Assembly: GCA_945859975.1 (NCBI GenBank)
Contig: CAMAPH010000001.1
Span: 128,001 to 192,000 of the forward strand
Source of the DNA: Chthonomonas calidirosea
Lineage (GTDB): Bacteria; Armatimonadota; Fimbriimonadia; Fimbriimonadales; Fimbriimonadaceae
Direction of reading: 5' to 3'
Length of the DNA stretch: 64,000 nt
Under the pieces are notes generated by a model, which had not been told where the DNA came from, made no database searches, and worked only from the letters and a program-made list of their open reading frames with translations. Each line of letters opens with the position of its first letter. Position 1 is the first letter of the stretch. A program made the position numbers and the translations under genes. Of this stretch, positions 39,233 to 48,544 are shown piece after piece.

Positions 39233-40873
39233 ATGGCGACGGTCCGACGCTGGCTTCTGATTCTTGTCCCGGTGTTCGTGCTGGCCTTCATCATTTTTTC
39301 GCGCGTGCGCGCCGTTGAGGGTGCGGAGGCAAAGCAGAAGGCGGAGGCCGGCGCACGCAAAGGCGCGGCAGCCAGCGTCGAAGTCGCAACCGCAGAATCG
39401 CGGCCGATCGTCCAGACCATCGAGGCGATCGGCAACGTCACGTCGGAGTTCACGGTGAACCTGAGTCCGCGCATTTCCGGGCTCATCACTTCCCTGCAAG
39501 TCCGCGAGGGGGACCGAGTGACGGCGGGACAGGTTCTGGTCCGCATTGATCCGAACCAGGCCGAAGCCCAGATTCTCGAAAGCACCGCAAACGTGAACGA
39601 GAGCCGAAGCCGACTAGCTCAAGCGCAAGCGACGATCCATGCCAGCGAAGTCCAAATCGAAACCAACATCCGCCAAGCCCGCGCCGAGCTTGCCAGCGCG
39701 GAAGCAACGCTTCAACAAGTTCGAAAGCAAGTTGAAGGGCGGGTGGCCAATGCCGCGGCGACCGTTCGCCAATCCGAAGCCGCCCTCGCCGTCACCCGAG
39801 CCGAAAAGAAGAACCGCGCCGCAGAGCTCACCGGCGCCCAAGCGACTTTGAAGAATGAGCAAATCCGGCTCGAACGAGTGAAGGGCTTGTTTGAGAAAGG
39901 TTACGTTGCCGGTTCGATTGTGGACAACGCCACGGCCGCCGTCGGAGTTGCGGAATCGGCCGTTCGAGTGAAGGAAGGCGAAGTCGAATCCGCCCAAGCC
40001 GACATCGATGCCGCCCAAGCGAAGCTGGAAGCCGACCGGACCGCACTTACGACAACCCAGGCAAGCGGCCAGGCCGAAATTCAGGCCTCCGCTGCCCGGG
40101 TCTCGCAGCTTAAGTCGGCAGTCACCGCCGCCGAAGCGAACCGAGCGCAATCACCCGCCAACCGAGCTAACGTAAACGCCCTGCAAGCCGGCGTGGCGTC
40201 GGTCGAAGCCCAGCTTCAAGCCGCTGAAGCGCAACGGAAAGACACAGAGCTGAGTTCGCCATTTTCGGGCATCGTGACCTCTCGCACCGCCGATCCGGGC
40301 ACCTTAGCCAGCCCGGGCCAGGCCGTACTTCGAGTCGAATCCGCCGACTCTTTATTCGTGATCGCGGCCATTCCGGTCACCGACGCCGCCCGAGTGCGCC
40401 CGGGTCAGCCGGTGACCATTCGGCTCGATGGTTCGACTGGTGCCCCAATCCAAACTCGGGTGGACACGGTCGTCCCATCGGCCAACCCCAGCGACCGCCA
40501 AGTATCAGTTCGAATGCGGGTGAAGAACACGGACGGCCAGATCAAGCCCGGAATGTTCGCGAAGGTTTCCATCGAGATTGATCGAACAGAGCCGACGATC
40601 GTGGTGCCGGGGGATGCGATCAAAAATGGATCGATTGCGGTTGTACTACCAGAGGGCACTTCGGAGAATCGCGAAGTAAAAACCGGGAAAGCCGATGCAC
40701 GAGGAATTCAGGTGCTGTCCGGAATCCAGCCCGGGGAAAAGGTGATCGTGCTTTCGTACAGCCCAGTGAAGCCGGGATCGAAGGTCAACATCACGGCCGA
40801 GCGACTGCCAGACGGAAGCCGAAAGCTAGTCGAGGCTCCGAAGAAAGCCGATCAGAAGGACGTGAAGAAGTGA
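39233..40873 (+). CDS. RND efflux periplasmic adaptor with a very long coiled coil
   Basis: N-terminal TM, lipoyl half-motifs (VREGDRVTAGQVL; SPFSGIVT), IKPGMFAKV, long Ala/Gln-rich heptad region. Confidence 0.92.
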   Translation: MATVRRWLLILVPVFVLAFIIFSRVRAVEGAEAKQKAEAGARKGAAASVEVATAESRPIVQTIEAIGNVTSEFTVNLSPRISGLITSLQVREGDRVTAGQVLVRIDPNQAEAQILESTANVNESRSRLAQAQATIHASEVQIETNIRQARAELASAEATLQQVRKQVEGRVANAAATVRQSEAALAVTRAEKKNRAAELTGAQATLKNEQIRLERVKGLFEKGYVAGSIVDNATAAVGVAESAVRVKEGEVESAQADIDAAQAKLEADRTALTTTQASGQAEIQASAARVSQLKSAVTAAEANRAQSPANRANVNALQAGVASVEAQLQAAEAQRKDTELSSPFSGIVTSRTADPGTLASPGQAVLRVESADSLFVIAAIPVTDAARVRPGQPVTIRLDGSTGAPIQTRVDTVVPSANPSDRQVSVRMRVKNTDGQIKPGMFAKVSIEIDRTEPTIVVPGDAIKNGSIAVVLPEGTSENREVKTGKADARGIQVLSGIQPGEKVIVLSYSPVKPGSKVNITAERLPDGSRKLVEAPKKADQKDVKK

Positions 40874-43800
40874 GCGTAGCAAAATGGTCCGTAAGTCGTC
40901 CGGTAGCGGTCACCATGCGCATTGCCGCGCTCGTGTTGCTTGGCGCGATTTGTTTCCTGCGAATCCCGATCGACCTCCTTCCGCGTGTCGACCTACCGGT
41001 CGTCACGATCAACACGAACTGGCCCAATACACCGCCGCAAGAAATTGAAACACAACTGACTCGGCCGATAGAGCAAGCGGTTTCCACAATCCCTGGTCTG
41101 TATTCGGTGTCTTCGAGCTCACGGCTAGGCGAGTCTCAGGTTCGCGTCACGCTGAATTACGGCGTGAACGTGGACAAAGCGACGGTCGACGTTCTGCAGT
41201 ACGTCCAGCGAGCCTCGCGCTCCTTCCCGAACGATCCGAACATCACGCCGCCGGTTGTCTATAAGCTCGACCCGAACTCGTTCCCGATCATGATCCTCGG
41301 CGTAAGTGGGATTGACGACCCGATTAAGCTCAAGTCCCTGTTGGTCAACGAGATCGGTCCGATCATCGAATCTGCCGGCGGCGTGGCCCAGGCTACGGTC
41401 AGCGGCGGTCGAGACCGCGCGATCATTGTCGATGTTAATCCCGACAAGCTCCAGGCTTATGGCCTGACTCTCGCCGACGTCGCTTCGAGAATACAAGCTG
41501 AGAACATCAGCCAACCCGCTGGCCTCGCCAAATCGGGAGAGCGCGAGTACATCCTTCGTTCCTCGGGCTACTTCAAGAATATCGATGACGCCAAGAACAC
41601 CCCGGTCCGAACGATTAACGGCCGTGAGATCTTGCTCAAGGACGTTGCCGCCGTGCGAGACGAGGCTACCGAGCAGCGAGTCTGGACCCGAGTTAATGGC
41701 GTTCCAGCCGTAGGACTATCGGTCACAAAGCAGAGCGATGCCAACACGGTGCAAACCGAGGCCAACGTTCGCAAGGCGATCATCGAGATCGAGCGCCGAT
41801 ACCCGGGCCTGAAGTTCAGCACGGCTTACGACCAATCCGCTTTCGTCAAAGAGTCGATTCACTTGCTCCAAGAGCACGCCGTGATTGGAGGAACTTTGGC
41901 GATTCTTGCCATTCTGTTCTTCCTGCGGAATGCCCGGTCCACGCTCGTGGTCGCGCTGTCCATCCCGATCTCGATCACCAGTACGTTCGCTTTGATGTAC
42001 TTCAACGGCTTCACGCTGAATACGATTTCTCTCAGCGCTCTTGCCTTGTCTACCGGGCTTATCGTGGACGATGCGATTGTCGTGCTGGAGAACATCTTCC
42101 GGCACATGGAGCGCGACAAGAAGAGCGCGGTCGATGCGAGTATTTCCGGCACGCAGGAGATCATGCAGGCGGTTGTCGCCTCGACGATCACCGTTATGGT
42201 GGTCTTCGTTCCACTGTTCCTAATCCAGGGTCAGTCGGGGCAAATCTTCACTCAGCTAGCGCTGGTTGTCATCTTCTCGCTGGCCGTTTCGTTGCTTGAC
42301 GCCGCGACGGTTGTGCCTATGCTCGCTTCCCGAGTCATTCGCGCTCAGGAGGTGATCGACCTCGAACACCCGGAACGGCAGCTTCAACAGCGTGGCATCG
42401 GCGCGAAGATTTCGGGCCGAATGGGGCTGATGTTCAACGCCATCGACGACTCGTATCGCTCGGGACTGCAATGGGCACTGAAGCGGCGCTGGTGGGTGAT
42501 CGGCGGAGCCGCGTTGCTCACAGCTGCGGTCATTCCGCTTTGGGACATGGTCGGTTCAGAAAGCTTGCCCAAGACGGACTCCGGAGACATCAACGTGCGG
42601 GTTCGCCTCCCGGTTGGAACGGCGTTGTCGACGACTCGAGACAAGATGGACCAAGTTGAGAAAGCTCTTCTGGCTGATCCCGACATCGAGACCGTGTTCC
42701 TTTCGGTCGGCGCTGGCATTTCCTTCCGAGGCTCGGTGGGAGGCGCGCAAGCAAACGCTGGTGCGGCAAACATTCACCTTAAGCACGAACGTAAAGGAAC
42801 CACCGAGGAGATCTCGAAGCGCATCGAGACGAGCCTGAAGAACATTTCCGGCATTCGCGCGACGGCAAGCCCGTTTGACCTCGTGTCGAACATCATCGGC
42901 GGCAATGCGCAGGGCCTTCAAATCGACATCCTCGGGGCTAATCTCGAGCAACTGAGCATCGTCGCCAAGCAGGTTAAGGAAGAGATTACGGACGTCCCGG
43001 GTCTCGAAGGTGTGGACGTAAGTGTCGAAGACTCGACCCCAGAAGTCCAGTGGTCAGTTGACCGACAAAAGGCGCAGGCGCTCGGCGTGAGCTACCAAGA
43101 CATCGCTTCCGCAATCCAGGGAAGTACAAACGGCACGCTCTCGACCTACTTCCAAGAGGACGGATTCCAGTATCCAATCTATGTGCAGCTTCCCGTGGAA
43201 GAACGACGCGAGATCACGGAGTTGGTGAAGATCCCCGTTCGGCTTAACCCAGTCACCGGCTCACCGATTCTGCTGGGACAAGTTGCCACCCCGATCATTA
43301 CCGGCGGTCCAAACGAGATCAATCGACTGAACCGGCAGCGGTTTATCTCGGTTGGTGGACGATATAGCGATCGAACTGAGAGCGAAATTCTCGCCGATGT
43401 TGAAGCCAAGATGGCAAAAATGGAGTTGCCGCAAGGCACAACTTGGGCCTTTGGTGAGCGTCAGCGGCGAAAGGCAGAAGAGTTCAGCGGCCTTGGGATT
43501 GCCGTCGCGCTGGCGGTCGTGCTTATCTACATGTTGCTCGCTTCGCAGTTTGAGAGCTTCATCTATCCATTGGTCGTTCTCGCCACGGTTCCTTTGTGCG
43601 TCGTCGGAGTCATTCTCGCGCTCTTCCTCACGGGCCGGGCGTTTGGCTTAACGGCGTTTGTTGGGCTTTTGATGCTCATTGGCATCGTCGTGAAGAACGG
43701 AATTTTGCTGGTCGACTACACGAACCAACTTCGTGGGAGAGGTGTGCCTCGAGATGAAGCAATTCTCGTTGCTTCTCCAACGCGGCTTCGACCGATCTTG

Positions 43801-44091
43801 ATGACTTCGATTGCGGCCATCTTCGGAATGATTCCGCTTGCTGCCGCAACGAACGCAGCCTCGCAGCTTCAAGCGCCGCTTGCAACCGTCGTCATCGGCG
43901 GACTCGCGACTTCCACTCTGCTCACGCTATTCGTGGTTCCGGTGGTCTACACGTTCTTTGATGACATGGCGCGAAAAGTCCGAAAGGACCCGCGCGATTT
44001 CGCCGCAGCGGTCGGTATCGAGCCAACGCCGGCATCGGTCGGACCAAGCGTGCTGGAAGATGATGCGGCGGTAGGGGCGGGACGTGAATGA
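40870..44091 (+). CDS. RND efflux permease (AcrB/AcrD/AcrF family)
   Basis: 1073 aa; GLIVDDAIVVLENI, GIVVKNGILLVD, RLRPILMTS. Confidence 0.96.
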   Translation: MSVAKWSVSRPVAVTMRIAALVLLGAICFLRIPIDLLPRVDLPVVTINTNWPNTPPQEIETQLTRPIEQAVSTIPGLYSVSSSSRLGESQVRVTLNYGVNVDKATVDVLQYVQRASRSFPNDPNITPPVVYKLDPNSFPIMILGVSGIDDPIKLKSLLVNEIGPIIESAGGVAQATVSGGRDRAIIVDVNPDKLQAYGLTLADVASRIQAENISQPAGLAKSGEREYILRSSGYFKNIDDAKNTPVRTINGREILLKDVAAVRDEATEQRVWTRVNGVPAVGLSVTKQSDANTVQTEANVRKAIIEIERRYPGLKFSTAYDQSAFVKESIHLLQEHAVIGGTLAILAILFFLRNARSTLVVALSIPISITSTFALMYFNGFTLNTISLSALALSTGLIVDDAIVVLENIFRHMERDKKSAVDASISGTQEIMQAVVASTITVMVVFVPLFLIQGQSGQIFTQLALVVIFSLAVSLLDAATVVPMLASRVIRAQEVIDLEHPERQLQQRGIGAKISGRMGLMFNAIDDSYRSGLQWALKRRWWVIGGAALLTAAVIPLWDMVGSESLPKTDSGDINVRVRLPVGTALSTTRDKMDQVEKALLADPDIETVFLSVGAGISFRGSVGGAQANAGAANIHLKHERKGTTEEISKRIETSLKNISGIRATASPFDLVSNIIGGNAQGLQIDILGANLEQLSIVAKQVKEEITDVPGLEGVDVSVEDSTPEVQWSVDRQKAQALGVSYQDIASAIQGSTNGTLSTYFQEDGFQYPIYVQLPVEERREITELVKIPVRLNPVTGSPILLGQVATPIITGGPNEINRLNRQRFISVGGRYSDRTESEILADVEAKMAKMELPQGTTWAFGERQRRKAEEFSGLGIAVALAVVLIYMLLASQFESFIYPLVVLATVPLCVVGVILALFLTGRAFGLTAFVGLLMLIGIVVKNGILLVDYTNQLRGRGVPRDEAILVASPTRLRPILMTSIAAIFGMIPLAAATNAASQLQAPLATVVIGGLATSTLLTLFVVPVVYTFFDDMARKVRKDPRDFAAAVGIEPTPASVGPSVLEDDAAVGAGRE

Positions 44092-44569
44092 TCTTCGTGA
44101 AGAAGCTGAGCTGATCGAATCGCTACTTCCAAAACTGATGCGGAAGCTGTTCCGTCCGGTCATGGACGATACGATCGGTGAGCTTCCGCTCGCGCAGCTT
44201 CGGGTCGTCCGCGCGCTGGAAGTCAGCCCACATACGGTGAGCGAGTTGGCCGAGGAATTTCGGATGAGTCTAAGCTCTGCCTCCCAGCTTGTGCATCGAT
44301 TGGTTGATGCGGGGCTGGTTCATGTGGACTGCGAAAGCGTGGATCGGCGAATTCGTACCGTGAAGCTGACTGCCCTTGGGTCGAAGCTGATGCGGCATCG
44401 GCGCGAAACAAGAATCCAGCTTGCGGAGAACGCGCTCGCCGGACTTTCGCCGATCGAACGCGCCACTTTACTGTCCTCAGTCGGCAGACTTTTGGCCGAG
44501 TGTGAGTCGGTCGGAGCAGAGCCATCGGAGTCGCTTGCCCAGATCGCGGAGCTTGAGCACGGCGCTTAG
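44084..44569 (+). CDS. MarR family transcriptional regulator
   Basis: TVSELAE..SSASQLVHRLVDAGLV..DRR..VKLT..G. Confidence 0.9.
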   Translation: MNDLREEAELIESLLPKLMRKLFRPVMDDTIGELPLAQLRVVRALEVSPHTVSELAEEFRMSLSSASQLVHRLVDAGLVHVDCESVDRRIRTVKLTALGSKLMRHRRETRIQLAENALAGLSPIERATLLSSVGRLLAECESVGAEPSESLAQIAELEHGA

Positions 44570-44606
44570 CTGGTGAGTTCTGCCGGTAGCTTGGTAGCAT
44601 CTCCGC

Positions 44607-45926
44607 ATGTTCGAGTTGACCCGTAGAGGATTGTTGCGCGGCGCCGCCGCCGTTGGTGCTGCTTTGTCTCCCCTAAGCCTGATCAAGGCTGAGGCCGTTG
44701 AACCACCGCAGAAGCATCCGACCATGCGAAAGGTGAAGTTTGAAGGTCGTTCTCGCATCCGAATCGGTCTCATTGGAACCGGCGGGCGTGGGCGATCTTT
44801 GCTCGGGGATTTCCTCGCGGTGCCGGAAGTTGATGTGATCGCGATCTGCGATATCAATCCGGATGCTCTCAAAGGCGCAGTTAGCCAGATCACGAAAGCG
44901 GGCAAACCTGCCCCGGCGACTTACGGTGCTACCGAGCGAGAATTCGAAAAGCTCAATCGCCGCGACGACATCGACCTCGTCGTGATCGCAACGCCTTGGG
45001 ATTGGCACGTGCCCATGGCGGTCGACGCCATGAAGAGCGGCAAACACGCCGCCGTCGAAGTTCCCGCCGCCGTGACCCTTAAACAATGCTGGGAACTCGT
45101 CGATACTTCCGAAGCCACCCGTAAGCACTGCGTGATTTTGGAGAACTGTTGCTACGGATACAACGAGATGATGGTGCTGAACATGTGCCAGCAAGGCGTA
45201 TTCGGTGAGCTCACGCACGGAGAAGCGGCGTACATCCACGACCTGCGCGGCCTTCTCTTCGCGACCTACAGCGAGGGTCTCTGGCGACGAAAGCCGCATG
45301 CGATGCGGAACGGAAACCTCTATCCAACCCACGGCCTCGGACCCGTGGCTCAGTACATGGGCGTTCACTCCGGCGACCGCTTCGAGTCCATCGTCTCTGT
45401 CAGTTCGGCTGAAAAGAGCCTGACTGCCTACGGTAAGAAAAACCTAAAGGCGGGTGATCCACGGCTCAGCGAAAAGTACGTCTGCGGCGACATGAACACA
45501 AGCATCATCAAGACCGCCAAGGGCCGCACCATCATGCTGCAGCACGACGTGGTGACGCCTCGCCCCTATAGCCGACACAACATGATTGCCGGTACGGAAG
45601 GCACCTTTGCCGACTACCCCGCGCGAATTTATCTTGATTCCATGGGGAACGACGAATGGAAAGATCTTACGAGCTTTAAGGATAGGTACGAGCATCCGCT
45701 GTGGAAAAAGAACGGCGACTACGCCCGGAAGTACAGCGGCCACGGCGGAATGGACTTCCTCATGTGTGCACGCCTGATCGAGTGCATGCGAGACGGACTT
45801 GCTCCGGATATGGATGTTTACGATGCCGCGGCTTGGAGCGCACCGACGCCGCTCAGCGAAGCGTCCGTAGCCAAAGGTGGCTCCGCGCAAAAGTTCCCTG
45901 ACTTCACGCGCGGGAACTGGAAGTAA
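44607..45926 (+). CDS. GH109-like NAD-dependent glycosidase (alpha-N-acetylgalactosaminidase-like), Tat-exported
   Basis: TRRGLL; ATPWDWH, EVPAA, LENCCY, GNLYPTHGLGPV, GHGGMDF, DVYDAAAWS, PDFTRG. Confidence 0.9.
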   Translation: MFELTRRGLLRGAAAVGAALSPLSLIKAEAVEPPQKHPTMRKVKFEGRSRIRIGLIGTGGRGRSLLGDFLAVPEVDVIAICDINPDALKGAVSQITKAGKPAPATYGATEREFEKLNRRDDIDLVVIATPWDWHVPMAVDAMKSGKHAAVEVPAAVTLKQCWELVDTSEATRKHCVILENCCYGYNEMMVLNMCQQGVFGELTHGEAAYIHDLRGLLFATYSEGLWRRKPHAMRNGNLYPTHGLGPVAQYMGVHSGDRFESIVSVSSAEKSLTAYGKKNLKAGDPRLSEKYVCGDMNTSIIKTAKGRTIMLQHDVVTPRPYSRHNMIAGTEGTFADYPARIYLDSMGNDEWKDLTSFKDRYEHPLWKKNGDYARKYSGHGGMDFLMCARLIECMRDGLAPDMDVYDAAAWSAPTPLSEASVAKGGSAQKFPDFTRGNWK

Positions 45927-45953
45927 TTTAAGCATTTTCCGATGTATTTTGGA

Positions 45954-45986
45954 GTTGCTCCCGGCCAAAAGCTGGCTGGGAGCAAC
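45954..45986. terminator. Hairpin between convergent genes
   Basis: GTTGCTCCCGGCCA-AAAGC-TGGCTGGGAGCAAC, 14-bp stem with one G-U pair. Confidence 0.6.
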
Positions 45987-46021
45987 AGAACATCACGTGC
46001 TTGTATTCGTCTCGCTAGAAA

Positions 46022-48103
46022 TTACCGGAATTCGAACTTCCCTTTGAGCAGGACTCCGCCCGTCAGCGCCCAGAGCCGCCGACCATTACAAAGCGAGCCC
46101 TTGTGTGGACTACTAACGTCCATGTACCACTCTGTTGGTTTTATCCGATCTCTTTTAAGGTCTGAGTAGCGCATTACGTTGACAAAGGAGAATCCAGCGT
46201 GGCTAAAAAGCACGTGTTCACCGGCGGCATCCATGCTATCCGCATAGTAGTCCATCGACAAGTAGTCTTGCGGTAAGTAGCGCGCCTTTCGAGTTGTCAA
46301 GTCATAGAAAATTGGCCAACTGTATGCGTCTCCGCCAACGTGGAGGAGCATGTAAAGAATGCGTGATCCCGTTGCATTTGTTGCCAAATGATTCACATTA
46401 AATACTGTCGTGCCAGGATTGGGCAACTGTATTGACTCCAACTTATCCGGGAGACGACTCCAGCGAAAAACGGAGTTAAGTGCTGATCCAGACTGGAAGC
46501 CACCGACGAGATCTCGCGACGTCGACGTGAAGAACACCACCGTCCCGTCTGCGGAAATCTTCGGTCCCTCCGAGTAACCTGAGCCCGGTCGACCGTCCGT
46601 GGTCCTGCTTAAGAGCCGTTCGGCTTTCCTCGTGTAGTCGTAAAGGTAAATCTGATTGGAGCGCTCGTAGACCGTAAACATTCCGCTACGATCCATCGAG
46701 GCAGTATTGGAGCCGAGATCGTGAATGAATCCTAGCTTTAAGTCGACAAAATGGCATGTTGTACCGTTGATACTATAATGCCTACCAACGATATATCTCC
46801 CGTTATCGCTCAACGCCAGGGGTTCAAGGTTGTTCGGTATGACGACATCTGCACCCGTACTCAAGTCACGGCGAACGCTCCGGTATTTTCCGTCCGAAAA
46901 GATTGTTGAACCTTTTAGTGCCGCAAAGCGCTCATCCGGAGTGACACAGAAGCCAGCGACATCTTCGGCTGGCACTTTATAGCCCGCATTGTCAAGATAC
47001 GATTGGGTGCGCAAAGCGACGTTACAAAGAAGCACGTCACCCGCCCAAGTTCCGATTGCAACATTTGCTCCGTTATCATCAATTGATATCGATTCCGGAT
47101 AATCGTCAACTCGGTACTTAGGAACAATTTCTTTCCACTGGTTCTTCGGCACGTCATAAACGTAAGCCACGCGAGTGGAGTATGGGCAAAATGCAATGTA
47201 AGTACCGTTCGTCGAAACGTCCATCGCTCGAACGGAGTTTGACCCGTTCGGCCTCGGCAGCACCCTAGCAGTATTGGCGATAAAATCAAGGTGGTACAAA
47301 TCATTTCCCGACAAATCCAGCGGATCTAAGGAGTTTTCTGTTTCAACAATAGCCTTTGTTCCGGTGTTATCGACCCACAGAGGACGAAAAACTCTTCCGG
47401 TTGCGGAGTTTGGCAAAACCTGTTGCTTTACGCCGTTCCTATAGCGCCACAGACCCGCACCAACTCCGAAAAGTACGGAAGAGCCATCCTTACTGATCAC
47501 ACCCCTGCCCGACACATTTGTCTGAACTAGACGGCTAAAAGACTCTGCATCATCCCGGAGATAGAGATGGTTTCCGGCTTGAAACAAGACAAATTTTCCG
47601 TTATCAGATACACCGCTAAAGTGACAATCAAAGGCCGGCGTGCCGTCAGCTGCCTCCGAAACCAATACCGAATTGCCCGTTACATTGTCGTAATAGTAGA
47701 GCTGGGCGTTCAGCGTGCTAACGCCGGGTAAAGGATCATGACTTGAGTAGTAGGTTCGGCTTTGATCATCGAGTACGGCAGTTGGATACCCATAATATTC
47801 GCGCGCGTATCCCAGCCATACCTGTTTTCCTAAATGCTTGTTTCGGCTTGAAATTCCATTACTTGCAATATTGCGAACAAAAATGTCCTGAGTTAGAAAC
47901 CACTCGTTAGCACGCAGTCCGGTCTTCGTCGAGGAAAAGGAGGCATACCGACCGTTAGGCGAGAGAACAGGTGACCGCGAAATTCCAGATCCGGATCCAT
48001 TTCGGATTGCGCCTTCCAAAATGTAACTCGCCTCGTAAAAGTCGAGTTGTCCGAGAGAGATGGAAGCAAGCGTGAATACGGCAATCGCAAACGGTACTTT
48101 CAT
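46022..48103 (-). CDS. Secreted TolB/PD40-like beta-propeller protein, low GC
   Basis: Repeated blades SPNGRY, SDNGKF, SKDGSS, STNGTY, TPDERF, SDNGRY, SADGTV; AGGAG before ATG 48103; signal peptide. Confidence 0.8.
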   Translation of the reverse strand: MKVPFAIAVFTLASISLGQLDFYEASYILEGAIRNGSGSGISRSPVLSPNGRYASFSSTKTGLRANEWFLTQDIFVRNIASNGISSRNKHLGKQVWLGYAREYYGYPTAVLDDQSRTYYSSHDPLPGVSTLNAQLYYYDNVTGNSVLVSEAADGTPAFDCHFSGVSDNGKFVLFQAGNHLYLRDDAESFSRLVQTNVSGRGVISKDGSSVLFGVGAGLWRYRNGVKQQVLPNSATGRVFRPLWVDNTGTKAIVETENSLDPLDLSGNDLYHLDFIANTARVLPRPNGSNSVRAMDVSTNGTYIAFCPYSTRVAYVYDVPKNQWKEIVPKYRVDDYPESISIDDNGANVAIGTWAGDVLLCNVALRTQSYLDNAGYKVPAEDVAGFCVTPDERFAALKGSTIFSDGKYRSVRRDLSTGADVVIPNNLEPLALSDNGRYIVGRHYSINGTTCHFVDLKLGFIHDLGSNTASMDRSGMFTVYERSNQIYLYDYTRKAERLLSRTTDGRPGSGYSEGPKISADGTVVFFTSTSRDLVGGFQSGSALNSVFRWSRLPDKLESIQLPNPGTTVFNVNHLATNATGSRILYMLLHVGGDAYSWPIFYDLTTRKARYLPQDYLSMDYYADSMDAAGEHVLFSHAGFSFVNVMRYSDLKRDRIKPTEWYMDVSSPHKGSLCNGRRLWALTGGVLLKGKFEFR

Positions 48104-48197
48104 GAAATTTCTCCTTTCAACTATAGCCATCTTTAAAGCAGCAAGTCAGCATCGAGGCGATCGCTTTATGGCTAGGATCCAATCGGGCAATTCGAAA

Positions 48198-48235
48198 CGC
48201 GCTTGCCCAACAACCGAAGTCGTTGCGCAAGCGCG
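48198..48235 (-). terminator. Hairpin with a UUCG tetraloop downstream of the small acidic protein
   Basis: CGCGCTTGC-G-CAACGAC-TTCG-GTTGTTG-G-GCAAGCGCG followed by TTT. Confidence 0.6.
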
Positions 48236-48249
48236 GCTTGAAGGGGGAC

Positions 48250-48534
48250 TTAGGCTTCTGATGCCGGATTGGCGTCTTTTGCTTCTTCCGCAACCTTTTC
48301 GGCGGCGGCGTCATCGTCGCCGTCCATCATGTCTTTGGCCTTCTCAACGAGACCTTCGACCTTGTCCTTAACGGTCGCACCAAACTCGGTGACGTCTTCC
48401 TTCAGGTTGTCCATGGCGGTGCCTGGATCTTTGATGGCTTCCTTCGCCTTATCGGCAAGTTCGGTCGCTTCTTCCTTTACTTCGTTGACCAAGTTGCTGG
48501 CCGCATCGCTCACTTTCTTTAGCAGATCATCCAT
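48250..48534 (-). CDS. Small acidic helical protein (LEA/YtxH-like composition)
   Basis: 94 aa rich in A/K/E/D: MDDLLKKVSDAASNLVNEVKEEATELADKAKEAIK... Confidence 0.7.
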   Translation of the reverse strand: MDDLLKKVSDAASNLVNEVKEEATELADKAKEAIKDPGTAMDNLKEDVTEFGATVKDKVEGLVEKAKDMMDGDDDAAAEKVAEEAKDANPASEA

Positions 48535-48544
48535 TTGAATATCC

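Noticed and set aside
39560..40250. Repetitive-looking GCC/CAA-rich DNA
   Set aside because: Explained by Ala/Gln-rich coiled-coil coding in the RND adaptor.
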